Shown here: piece by piece, positions 54,906 through 63,836 of the stretch
How the letters are laid out: each line of letters begins with the position of its first letter
Numbering within the stretch: position 1 is the first letter of the stretch
DNA from: a virus
DNA length: 64,000 nt
Direction: 5' to 3' (one strand)
Virus record (IMG/VR): IMGVR_UViG_3300028800_000059
Span: 96,001 to 160,000 of that record
Program-made: the position numbers and the translations under genes
Notes under the pieces: generated by a model
What the model was told of the DNA's origin: nothing
Database searches by the model: none
Seen by the model: the letters and a program-made list of their open reading frames with translations, nothing else

Positions 54906-56145
54906 GTTCCAAATAAAATACTAAAGCCTGAGTTATGTTGATTACTGGTACTGGATAGCCAAAATAAAGAACTTCATTGATTAATTTCCAGGCAGAGTTT
55001 TTTGATATATTGGTGACTAGGGCACCTGCCGGTCCTCTATTCGACCCTGCTAGTCCTCGACCATAACTGTATAATCTTGGATCGTTTGTGTAGGGAGTTG
55101 CTGGACTATAATCAACTATTACCCAAACATCTTCCACAGTAGTTAGATTACCATCAGCGGCCTTTGTTACTCCAGCCTCCAACAAATCAAGATTAGAAGA
55201 GGCCGTTGTCCAAATACCATCATCGAAATAAGCATCGGATGTGGTGGCTGTAATTGCTGTATTGGTTGTTGTTCCATTAATACGCCGTAAGATAGATGGG
55301 TTGCCAGAAGTAGCCCTTTTTATTATTACGGCAGTTTTACAGGCATTAATGGTATCTATATTACGGATAACTTCGGTGCCGTGACCGGTTTGAATAATAG
55401 AAAACGGATTAATGACCATACTCTGCGAAGAACCGCTTGTAGAACTAGTGCAATTAGAAGTAGCAACAAATGGAGTGTCTGACCAAAGAGTATAGGCTGT
55501 TGTGCCTGTTGATTTAGTCCAGGCATCATAGGTTGGAGTTCCTATTCGGCCTTGTCGAGCTAATATTTTACCTGATGCGACAAATGTTGTTGTACCGGTA
55601 TCAATACGAACATCGTCATAATATAGATTAGAATTTGAAACTACGAAATTGGCAGCGCGCCATTGATCTGTGGGGGAACCAGTAACATCGTTTGAATGTG
55701 TAGTGTTGACAATGTTTACACCATCAAGATAAAATTGAACTACGCCGCCTGCTGCCAAATCAAATACATAGTTAATTGTATACCATTGATTAGGATTTAA
55801 TATGTTACTAGGAATTTGCGTGGACATACCAATAGTTCCACCAGCATCAGATATATTTAAGACGCCAGTGGTTCTGAGAACTGCTTGAAGTCGAGAACTG
55901 CCTGACGTAGGAGCCTCTGAAAAGAAAGCCACGTCATTAGTAGGTAAGGCATCAAAGAAAAATCGAATTCGTGTTGATGATTGTGTAGCAGCAAGTCCCT
56001 TTACAAAGGTTGTGCGGCCTTGATTTGACGCGATTTTAAGAGCATAATTACCACTAGATACTATGGTACTTTGAATAGTTCCAGTAAGTGTATTTACTTC
56101 GCTGCCATCACCGGTTTCGAATCCACAAATATATGCTACAGCCAT
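54901..56145 (-). CDS. Virion structural protein with LamG/concanavalin-like domain
   Basis: GFETGD N-terminus, NQWYTI..VFD...VQFYLDG and YYDDVRI. Confidence 0.6.
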   Translation of the reverse strand: MAVAYICGFETGDGSEVNTLTGTIQSTIVSSGNYALKIASNQGRTTFVKGLAATQSSTRIRFFFDALPTNDVAFFSEAPTSGSSRLQAVLRTTGVLNISDAGGTIGMSTQIPSNILNPNQWYTINYVFDLAAGGVVQFYLDGVNIVNTTHSNDVTGSPTDQWRAANFVVSNSNLYYDDVRIDTGTTTFVASGKILARQGRIGTPTYDAWTKSTGTTAYTLWSDTPFVATSNCTSSTSGSSQSMVINPFSIIQTGHGTEVIRNIDTINACKTAVIIKRATSGNPSILRRINGTTTNTAITATTSDAYFDDGIWTTASSNLDLLEAGVTKAADGNLTTVEDVWVIVDYSPATPYTNDPRLYSYGRGLAGSNRGPAGALVTNISKNSAWKLINEVLYFGYPVPVINITQALVFYLEL

Positions 56146-56415
56146 TTACTGTTGCCACCAATTAGGATCAAGAGGTGAATTGCTAATACAAATAAATCCC
56201 TGTAATGGAACAACTGAAATTAAATGTATTCCAACATACTCTGCACCCTGTAGTTTGGTCTGAATAAAAGTTGTGGCCACATTTTCTAATTGCGCTGGTG
56301 TCATTAGTTTCTGCGCTGGCGTTAAATCATTGCTTGTAATTGTATGACTCGCGCCGTTGGTTGTCACAACAGTAAATCCATCAGTTAAAGAAATTATAGA
56401 ACGAACAAGAGGCAT
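56146..56415 (-). CDS. Hypothetical protein
   Basis: 89-aa ORF abutting both neighbours. Confidence 0.6.
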   Translation of the reverse strand: MPLVRSIISLTDGFTVVTTNGASHTITSNDLTPAQKLMTPAQLENVATTFIQTKLQGAEYVGIHLISVVPLQGFICISNSPLDPNWWQQ

Positions 56416-56416
56416 A

Positions 56417-57223
56417 TTACAAACTACTCACTTCAATTTGAAGGTTTGGCACTCCGCTGCCTGTACCATCGGCAGCTACAGTCATAAAGAGTGCTGAATT
56501 GGCATAAACTATAGGAAGTCCAGTTTTATCCAGTCCATGAACATCCGCCTCATGGTTAAATCTACAACGGCCTTGCCAGAGAGGTCGGAGGATCAGAACA
56601 TTGAAAGTTCCTTGTGTTGCTACTGTTGATTGAATTGATTGTATAGATGATACTCCGTTATCTCCAGCTTGTAGTGGCATCCTAAACATTCGGCCAAGAG
56701 TGGGGGCAATTCCTGTTGCAATCACGCCAGTCTGTTGGCCGGCTACGCCTAGATCATTAGTATAACCAATATTACAGGATTGCAAACCAGTAAAGGCAGT
56801 TACGGTTTCTAACCAGATTTGATTTCCTCGGCCAAAAGTATTAGGCGCGCTATAATCTGGCATTCGGCCTTCAAATGAAGGAGGACTAGTAATTGTATTG
56901 GATGTGGCGGCGTTGTAGGCCCCGGCCTTCCAAAGCATATCATAAAGATAAATTCTTCCAGAAACAGAAGAATTAAAATCTACAAGAGAAATATATCCAG
57001 TGGCTCTTGCACCAAATGGATCAATAGCTGGTGTTCCTGCTGTAGTATCATCAGGTACTACTCCAGCACTAGTATTCGACCCGGCTAAAGTACCAGGACC
57101 AGTACCAGCAAGATCAATTAATGAAAATTGGATGCTCGCAACGGTAGTTCTTGCACCAGACTTAAAAAAATTGATTGATTGTTTTTGGGCATTAATATAA
57201 TCACCAGTAGAAGTAATAGTCAT
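56417..57223 (-). CDS. Virion structural protein, paralog A
   Basis: Beta-rich Thr/Gly/Ser protein highly similar to the adjacent ORF. Confidence 0.65.
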   Translation of the reverse strand: MTITSTGDYINAQKQSINFFKSGARTTVASIQFSLIDLAGTGPGTLAGSNTSAGVVPDDTTAGTPAIDPFGARATGYISLVDFNSSVSGRIYLYDMLWKAGAYNAATSNTITSPPSFEGRMPDYSAPNTFGRGNQIWLETVTAFTGLQSCNIGYTNDLGVAGQQTGVIATGIAPTLGRMFRMPLQAGDNGVSSIQSIQSTVATQGTFNVLILRPLWQGRCRFNHEADVHGLDKTGLPIVYANSALFMTVAADGTGSGVPNLQIEVSSL

Positions 57224-57235
57224 ATAGAAAGTCCT

Positions 57236-58048
57236 TTATTTATTTGCAAATTCTATTTGTAATTCTGGCACGCCACTGGAAGTCGAATCGGTTGATGTTG
57301 TGACAAATAATGCAGAATTAGCATATACAATTGGAAGTCCGGTCTTATCAATGCCATGACAATCCCCACCATTAACAACAATAATTCTTCCTTGCCACAA
57401 TGGCCGTAGAACCAAGACATTAAAGGTTCCTATTGTAGAAACATAACTTCTAACTGCTGTAATGTTAGAAACTCCGTTATCTCCAGCGGCCAATGGCATC
57501 CTAAACATACGATTAATACCAGGTGCTACGCCTGTTGCTACGTTTCCTGTAAACTGTCCAGCCGTTCCTTGAGCATTAGTATAACTGATGTTGGCAGTTT
57601 GCAAACCAGTAAAGGCTGTAACAGTTTCTAACCAGATTTGATTTCCCATACCATATGCTAATGGGGTCGAAGGATTAAAATCTGGCATTCGGCCTGAATA
57701 CGATGGTGGATTAACTGTTACAACAGAGTTGAAATTATAAGGTCCACCTTTCCAGACCATATCATAAAGATAAAGTCGGCCGGCTACTGTGGAAGCAAAA
57801 TCAACCGTAGAAAGATATCCAGTTGATCCTGTATTGAAAGAGTAAATATTTGGAGTACCTGCCGTATTCGCATCAGGAATTACACCAATCGAGGTATTGG
57901 AACCACCAAGCACGCCGCTACCCGGGCTACCCAAAAGATTGAATAAAGAAAATTGAATGCCGGCTACAGTTGTTATGCTATTGCTTTTAAAATAAGTAAG
58001 AACTTGTTTTGTGGATGCAATATAATCGTCAAGAGAGGCAATCGTCAT
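57236..58048 (-). CDS. Virion structural protein, paralog B
   Basis: Shares GNQIWLETVTAFTGLQ, MFRMPL.AGDNGVS and DKTGLPIVYANSALF with paralog A. Confidence 0.65.
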   Translation of the reverse strand: MTIASLDDYIASTKQVLTYFKSNSITTVAGIQFSLFNLLGSPGSGVLGGSNTSIGVIPDANTAGTPNIYSFNTGSTGYLSTVDFASTVAGRLYLYDMVWKGGPYNFNSVVTVNPPSYSGRMPDFNPSTPLAYGMGNQIWLETVTAFTGLQTANISYTNAQGTAGQFTGNVATGVAPGINRMFRMPLAAGDNGVSNITAVRSYVSTIGTFNVLVLRPLWQGRIIVVNGGDCHGIDKTGLPIVYANSALFVTTSTDSTSSGVPELQIEFANK

Positions 58049-58060
58049 TTCGTTTTCCTT

Positions 58061-58651
58061 TTATACTAATAATAAGTTTAGAGTAATATTTAATTGGGTT
58101 GGAGATAATAATACTGAAGAAAGATTCACAGCAATAGAATTACCAGTGGCAATAGTATTGGCGCCAGTAGCAATATTAATAGTTGGGGTTGAACTAACAG
58201 CAATGGCACTTAGATTTGATACGGCCGCGCCATTAATCCAAATATTTGCAGAGCAGGTTCCATTTGCTGTGAAACAATTTGCTGAAACAATTTGGGCATT
58301 CTTCGGTGCCGCTCCCATAAAATAATATAATCCACCTACAGGATTTAATAAACACATATGAAGTGCCGCGGGTATTCCTATCACGTTTGTTGCATTGACC
58401 ACGTTTACATAAACATTGCCGCTTCCATCGCGTTCAACGCCGGTGCTTGCACTATTGGCAACCGAAAAAGTGGCGTTGCCAGCAGCCGAAGAATTGGCTG
58501 TGAGTACCCACATGATGGTATTTGAATCGTCTTTGAAATATAATTTACCGTCATGTTGATTCATGGCGATCTGACCATTGGCTACTTGGCCAAGGGTTGG
58601 ACCGCGTCCAGCAGTAATTGTTCGTAAATCTTGAATTACAGTATTAGCCAT
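58061..58651 (-). CDS. Fibre-associated structural protein
   Basis: N-terminal L..GQIAMN..DGKLYFKD motif of fibre proteins. Confidence 0.55.
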   Translation of the reverse strand: MANTVIQDLRTITAGRGPTLGQVANGQIAMNQHDGKLYFKDDSNTIMWVLTANSSAAGNATFSVANSASTGVERDGSGNVYVNVVNATNVIGIPAALHMCLLNPVGGLYYFMGAAPKNAQIVSANCFTANGTCSANIWINGAAVSNLSAIAVSSTPTINIATGANTIATGNSIAVNLSSVLLSPTQLNITLNLLLV

Positions 58652-58658
58652 TTTTCAC

Positions 58659-59417
58659 TTAATCGAATTTTTCTGCTAATACTGGATTTGGTATTTTTTC
58701 AGATTTAGCAAACAATCCTTTTTTCTTTTTCGTTGGCAAAGAGGCCTTTAATGCTTCTTGCACAGTAATATAATCTGCCGCGGCCTTAATTAGTTGCTGA
58801 TCTTTTGCTTGAATATCTAGTGTCAATATTTCATTTTTATTTTGTGCATCAATAAGATTGGATTGAAGAATTTTAACCTGTGCTTCCAAATTAATGATAT
58901 TGTCGGCACTGTCTTGACGTTCTTTATTATTTCTTCGAATTTCATTTTCAAGTTCGGTGATCTTGTTTCCAAATTGAGTTTCTAAGGTTGTTTTTTCCTG
59001 ATTATTCCGACGGATTTCATTTTCAAGTTCGGTGATCTTGTTTCCATTTTGAGTTTCTATATGCGAAATTCTTTCTTCGTGTTGTCTTTTTAATTTTCCA
59101 AGATCATGTTTATAATTATCGCTGGCATTTGTTTTATTTTTTTCTGTGGTTTGCTGAAATTCTTCTATTTTTTGCACAGCCGATTTCAAGGCATTATTCA
59201 AACCATCATTTTGTGTTTTGAAATGAAGAATTGTTTTTTCAAATACTTTTTGGTTGACTTCTTGAATAAGAAGTTCATGTGTCAATCCAGTAATTCTATT
59301 TTTTAAGGACTCGACATATGTATTCAAATAATCTCTTTGAATATCATTTGTATTAATGGTAGTAATAGGTTGATCTTCGGCTGACGTAGTAGCGGGTGCA
59401 AAATCGTCGTCACTCAT
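58659..59417 (-). CDS. Coiled-coil protein with a 25-aa internal duplication
   Basis: Heptad-rich; GNKITELENEIRRNN occurs twice. Confidence 0.7.
   Translation of the reverse strand: MSDDDFAPATTSAEDQPITTINTNDIQRDYLNTYVESLKNRITGLTHELLIQEVNQKVFEKTILHFKTQNDGLNNALKSAVQKIEEFQQTTEKNKTNASDNYKHDLGKLKRQHEERISHIETQNGNKITELENEIRRNNQEKTTLETQFGNKITELENEIRRNNKERQDSADNIINLEAQVKILQSNLIDAQNKNEILTLDIQAKDQQLIKAAADYITVQEALKASLPTKKKKGLFAKSEKIPNPVLAEKFD
58939..59046. repeat. Direct repeat, 33-nt identical core, 75-nt period
   Basis: ATTTCATTTTCAAGTTCGGTGATCTTGTTTCCA at 58939 and 59014. Confidence 0.95.
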
Positions 59418-59460
59418 TGTTCAAATATCCTTCTTTATAATCTAGAGTTTAATAATGTAA

Positions 59461-59468
59461 TATTTATA
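59461..59468 (-). promoter_or_regulatory. T4 late promoter
   Basis: TATAAATA upstream of ORF 59417, followed by an AAGGA SD. Confidence 0.75.
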
Positions 59469-59477
59469 TCGGATTTA

Positions 59478-61265
59478 TTAGAACGTCCCACAATCAACCA
59501 TGCCGAAGGCTGGATTTCCATTAACGTCTATTTGGAATAATGTTCCTTGTGCACCAAGTTGGGCTTCAACAAAGGCGGCTGTTGTGCTACCCAATAGAAT
59601 TGTGTTAGAACCAAATGTCTGTTTACCAGTACCGCCTTGACCAACACCAAGTCCCGAATCAAATATCACGTTACCAGTGGCGCGTAGTGTGCCTGATACA
59701 TGTAATGTGGAGGTTGGAGCGATGATGTTGATACCGACGTTACCAGCAGGATCAATACGGACACGTTCTAGCGCGACGTTGGCTGCCAATGCACTTGTTA
59801 AGAAGCGAATATAAGTGCCCTTGTTTACATCGGTGAATGCCTGAGCCGCAGCAAATTCAATGGCTGCCAGAGTGTTTGCATCATATGTAGTTGTACCAAA
59901 TCCAAATCCTCGAATAGACAAAAGTTTATCGTCGGTTGCGAGAGCCAGAGGAATTGCAATATTACCGTCGGCACGTCTTGCGCTAATTACTGGTGCGCCA
60001 GCAAACCCATCAATTAACATGCCAGCCTGTGAACCATTTTGTCCAATGATATGGACGTTAGTGTTGGTTGAAGTAAGAGGACCTGTACCAGTGTTTGGTA
60101 CGGCAACAGAATTTGTGTTGGCATCAACAGTAAATAGTGCATCCATTAAGTTGGTGCCTACACCAACTCGTCCACCTATGTTATCGACAACTAGAAGCGA
60201 TGCCGTTCCTAAGCTGACGTTAGATAGAGATTGGAATATACCATTAGATAGGAATGTTCCTTTGGTGTTTGCAATTTCAGTGGAGATGCCGCGAGTAGTA
60301 AATGTAATTTCCCCACCTTGCGAACGGAAGAATCCTACGTTTGCTTCGTTAGTAAAGGTGAAAGATGGTGCCGCTAAGTTTCCGTCGGCAACAAACAATC
60401 TACCCCATTGAGAATCGCCATCGGTGCCTGCCCATACGCCAGCAGCATTACCGGCATCCGGAAGAAACTTAAATCTATGTGTGGTATTGGACCAACCAAA
60501 GAAACCTGTGTTTTGTGTGTTGGCTTGTTGACCACCAAAGCCACCGTTGTACCACATGAAGGCAATACCGCGATCAAATCCATCGTTAGTTGCCAAATTA
60601 GCACTTGGACCAGCACCCAATGTAAGAATTGGGTCCTCAACAGTAACAGTGTTTGCATTAACTGTTATGAAGGCTCCAGCAACAGTCAAATTACCATTAA
60701 GAGTTATGTCCGACGTGAATGTTTTTGCTCCGCCAATTGTTTGCACGCCTGTTGTTCTAACAACGGTTGAGTCAACGTTAAGAGTGCCGCCATTGGCAGT
60801 GCTGAGCCCGTCACCCACGTTAATAGAAATAGTGGCTGCCGAGCCTAATCCAATAGCCGCAAGATTGGTGCTAAGGCCAGTGCCTGTATTAATTTGAATT
60901 GTAGAATTTTGAAGTTTGGCGTTGGTTACGGAACCATCAGACAGAGTGATTGTTCCTGTTACGTTACCAAAAATAACATTGAAGCTGGCCGAACCATTTG
61001 CGTCACGTCTGACGATTCTTCCAGCAGTCGCCGCATCAGTGGCATTATCTAATTGTAAAGTATAGAAACGGCCGCCGACATTGATGGCAGAGTTGCCAGC
61101 CGAGGCACCAGAGACACCAAATTGCGGTCCTAAGAAAAGAACATCTGAGCCGGTGCCGTGGGCATTCGAACCATAAGAATAGGCTAATTCAGCGACGTTT
61201 AATGTATTGGCGCCTGGAACGCCTGTGGTATTAGAACGACGGATGGATACAACAGTATTAGACAT
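59478..61265 (-). CDS. Tail fibre-like structural protein
   Basis: SIRRS...P....L...ELAYS N-terminus, DSTVVRT.G.QTI.G.KTF, DRGI.F.W, GRVGVGT, ERVRID..GNVGI and a .DCGTF end. Confidence 0.75.
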   Translation of the reverse strand: MSNTVVSIRRSNTTGVPGANTLNVAELAYSYGSNAHGTGSDVLFLGPQFGVSGASAGNSAINVGGRFYTLQLDNATDAATAGRIVRRDANGSASFNVIFGNVTGTITLSDGSVTNAKLQNSTIQINTGTGLSTNLAAIGLGSAATISINVGDGLSTANGGTLNVDSTVVRTTGVQTIGGAKTFTSDITLNGNLTVAGAFITVNANTVTVEDPILTLGAGPSANLATNDGFDRGIAFMWYNGGFGGQQANTQNTGFFGWSNTTHRFKFLPDAGNAAGVWAGTDGDSQWGRLFVADGNLAAPSFTFTNEANVGFFRSQGGEITFTTRGISTEIANTKGTFLSNGIFQSLSNVSLGTASLLVVDNIGGRVGVGTNLMDALFTVDANTNSVAVPNTGTGPLTSTNTNVHIIGQNGSQAGMLIDGFAGAPVISARRADGNIAIPLALATDDKLLSIRGFGFGTTTYDANTLAAIEFAAAQAFTDVNKGTYIRFLTSALAANVALERVRIDPAGNVGINIIAPTSTLHVSGTLRATGNVIFDSGLGVGQGGTGKQTFGSNTILLGSTTAAFVEAQLGAQGTLFQIDVNGNPAFGMVDCGTF

Positions 61266-61285
61266 TTTTTATTATTCCTTTTTTT

Positions 61286-61330
61286 TTAGAAGGTTCCGCC
61301 GTTTATTGATTGTTCGGCTGTGTATTTAGC
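61286..61330 (-). pseudogene. Orphan copy of the last 14 codons of ORF 61743-61985
   Basis: Encodes AKYTAEQSINGGTF* versus AKYTAEDMINGGTF* in the intact gene on the other side of the HNH gene. Confidence 0.85.
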
Positions 61331-61345
61331 CTAAATAAATCCTCA

Positions 61346-61762
61346 ATGTCTGTATTTCATATTCACCATATCATACCCAAACATCGTTGGAAAGAATTAC
61401 ATGGTTCTCTTGAAGGCATAAATGTACCATGGAACATTATTAGACTTACTGTTCCTGAACACGCCGAATATCATAGAAGATTATGGGAGGAATGGGGTAG
61501 ATGGCAGGATGAACTAGCATGGAAAACTCTTACTGGACAAATTACAAACGCTGAGTCTATTAAAGAGGCACAGAGACGAGGCCAATTAGGAAAACCTAAA
61601 TCAGAAGAGACTAAAAAAAGAATGAGTATAGCTTTAACAAATCCATCCGAAGAAACTCGTAGCAAAATGAGAGACGCTAAAAGAAATTATGTGCCGTGGA
61701 ATAAAGGGAAAAAAACAAATTTAATTCCTTGGAATAAAGGAATTAAAACGTCCCTCCGTTAA
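61346..61762 (+). CDS. HNH homing endonuclease with NUMOD3-like tail
   Basis: FHIHHIIPKH...NIIRLTVPEHAEYH; close paralog of 52631-53227; TAAATA at 61332-61337, 8 nt before the ATG. Confidence 0.88.
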   Translation: MSVFHIHHIIPKHRWKELHGSLEGINVPWNIIRLTVPEHAEYHRRLWEEWGRWQDELAWKTLTGQITNAESIKEAQRRGQLGKPKSEETKKRMSIALTNPSEETRSKMRDAKRNYVPWNKGKKTNLIPWNKGIKTSLR

Positions 61763-61985
61763 TCATGTCTTCTGCCGTATACTTTGCTGTGTTGGCATCG
61801 TAAATTATAGGCGACCCATCTTCTACGGCCGACACATCAACATCTGTCAAGTCAGAAAATTTTGTGGCTCCAGCACCAGAACTGCTGCCACCTCCAGGAA
61901 ATGAAACTCCAACTGTAGGAGCCGATCCTGATTGAACAGTGGCATTTGTAAGGCCCTTGGTTATTACGGTGACTTTGATTCCCAT
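61743..61985 (-). CDS. Small virion/fibre-associated protein
   Basis: FSDLTDVD......G....YD....KY.......GGTF motif. Confidence 0.7.
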   Translation of the reverse strand: MGIKVTVITKGLTNATVQSGSAPTVGVSFPGGGSSSGAGATKFSDLTDVDVSAVEDGSPIIYDANTAKYTAEDMINGGTF

Positions 61986-61996
61986 GATAAGGGTAT

Positions 61997-62335
61997 TTAG
62001 ACTGTCACTTGGCCGTCGTTGGTAATAATACCTTCAATCACTCGGGTTTTAATATTGGCCGGTGAATTTAATTTCACATCGAAATAATATCGTCCTGGTT
62101 TAATATTTGCGGAATTAGCTGACGTGAGCGCCATCTGTAAATTTCCATTTGGAGCATCACTAAAGGAACATTGAAAATAGAAACTGGCATTGGCCTGGGC
62201 AATAGATGCTTTGGCGGCTGAATTGGCTGTGTAACCAACCAAATTCATAGGATTGCCTGTAGCATCATCTGTTAGAACAATGCTTGCATTAAAATCTGTT
62301 CCTTGATCTAATAGGAGTTCTACCCAACCTGCCAT
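61997..62335 (-). CDS. Virion structural protein (DQGTDF family of T4-like phages)
   Basis: L.LDQGTDF...L.GYT.....K...F........G...L.LT...SA.IKPGRYYFDV......RV.EGI. Confidence 0.7.
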   Translation of the reverse strand: MAGWVELLLDQGTDFNASIVLTDDATGNPMNLVGYTANSAAKASIAQANASFYFQCSFSDAPNGNLQMALTSANSANIKPGRYYFDVKLNSPANIKTRVIEGIITNDGQVTV

Positions 62336-62345
62336 AATATATTAT

Positions 62346-63833
62346 TTAGACAACTGATAGTGTGATTGGAGAAAAATCATCCAGTAATTGATCATATGCA
62401 AAAATACCAGATTGATTGTGAACATGTCTTTGATATAATCGTAGGGTTCTAGCACCGGAAGCAATATTGCCAGCAAGAGATTGTTGTGTCCATGATCCTG
62501 ATGTAGAATTAGCATCGGCGGCCCGAAGAAGACCTGTAGAAACATTTCCTAAATCACTTCCATTTTGATCCAGAAAATGAATAGTTACGGCTATTTGATC
62601 GACCGAGGAGCCAATTGGATCGCCGGTTCCGACCTGCCAATAAGTAACATTGCATTTTGCGTGACCAGTATCTATGGCATTAAACCAATCAGGAGGTAAT
62701 GTTATATCTTGATATGCCTCACTCAATCCTGTAAACAATTCTCCAATAAACGTCAATGCACCATTATGTGGTGTTGTTGGATGTCCAACAGGAAATACTA
62801 TTGGCCCGCCGTGAACATTAGGAATAGTTTGAACCCAATTATTAGCAATGCCGGCCGTTTGAAATCCTTGATCTGTGAATTCGGCACTAGGATTCAATAT
62901 AGTCACATTTGTATTGCTAGAAGGAAGTGGTGGAAAGAATTGGGCTGGAGGCAATCCACTCCATCTAGGAGCTATTTGAGTATATATTTCATCCAATTCA
63001 TTCTTAGTTAATGCCTGTCCAGACCATAAAATTATTCCAGCCAATCGTCCTCCCGTCACAAGGGATTCATTCTGGCCGCCCTGATTCATTATTTGTAGAG
63101 TATAAGCAGCATTTCCAGCGGACGGATTTGTCATGCTTGCATTGAATGTATTATTTCCTGTTGTATTGTCATAGCTACCATCAAGATAGAAAAATCCTGT
63201 ATTGCTGGTTGAATCATAACTTAGGCCTATTACATGCCAAGAATTAGTCGAAATGGTATTAGATGCTTGGACACTTAAAACGGTTGATCCTCCATTTGTA
63301 ATAGTAATTTTTTGAGGACTTGGAGGATTAGCATAAGGCAGTTCCCATTTGAATCCTGTGCCTAAAGAAGTAGGGGCATTGCCGCCGCAATTTCCTATAA
63401 TAGAACCACCGCTTGAACCAAAAACAGGGGAAGAAGGAAACCAGACCACGGCCAATAATGTAAATTTTGCATTGAGTTGATGAATATCCTGCAATTCGGC
63501 AGGAGCGGCCGCTGCCAATTGAAATTGAGCCTGTCCCTGTCCACCACCGCCTCGCGTCAACCAAAACTCGTTTGATGTTACATGCCCTGCCGCCCCGGAA
63601 AAAGCAGGATCGCCAGGATTTTCAACAGAAGAAGTTGATCCTAAGAAAAAATTTACATTAGAGCTAGAAACGTCTTTCCATAATTGTCCAGAACCGTTCC
63701 ATGATGCAATATCTCCAGCATCTAATACAAACACTGTATTGGAATTTAAGTAGGCACGTTGAACGGCTTCGCTCAGTTTCGTGTTTTCAAATTTTGTTCC
63801 TTGGGAAAATCCAATACTCAAAAATGAAGGCAT
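62346..63833 (-). CDS. Virion protein with LamG/concanavalin-like and carbohydrate-binding-like domains
   Basis: LDAGD..SW.GSG..W.DVS, NSWHVIGLSYD...FYLDG and L...E...IY. Confidence 0.65.
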   Translation of the reverse strand: MPSFLSIGFSQGTKFENTKLSEAVQRAYLNSNTVFVLDAGDIASWNGSGQLWKDVSSSNVNFFLGSTSSVENPGDPAFSGAAGHVTSNEFWLTRGGGGQGQAQFQLAAAAPAELQDIHQLNAKFTLLAVVWFPSSPVFGSSGGSIIGNCGGNAPTSLGTGFKWELPYANPPSPQKITITNGGSTVLSVQASNTISTNSWHVIGLSYDSTSNTGFFYLDGSYDNTTGNNTFNASMTNPSAGNAAYTLQIMNQGGQNESLVTGGRLAGIILWSGQALTKNELDEIYTQIAPRWSGLPPAQFFPPLPSSNTNVTILNPSAEFTDQGFQTAGIANNWVQTIPNVHGGPIVFPVGHPTTPHNGALTFIGELFTGLSEAYQDITLPPDWFNAIDTGHAKCNVTYWQVGTGDPIGSSVDQIAVTIHFLDQNGSDLGNVSTGLLRAADANSTSGSWTQQSLAGNIASGARTLRLYQRHVHNQSGIFAYDQLLDDFSPITLSVV

Positions 63834-63836
63834 TGA

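Noticed and set aside
56417-58048. Diversity-generating retroelement template/variable repeats
   Set aside because: Differences are spread over all bases and whole genes, are not adenine-specific, and no reverse transcriptase is present in the window
59860-60897. Plus-strand ORFs of 116-183 aa inside the fibre gene, and similar antisense ORFs elsewhere
   Set aside because: Antisense shadows of well-supported genes; no SD, promoter or recognisable motif
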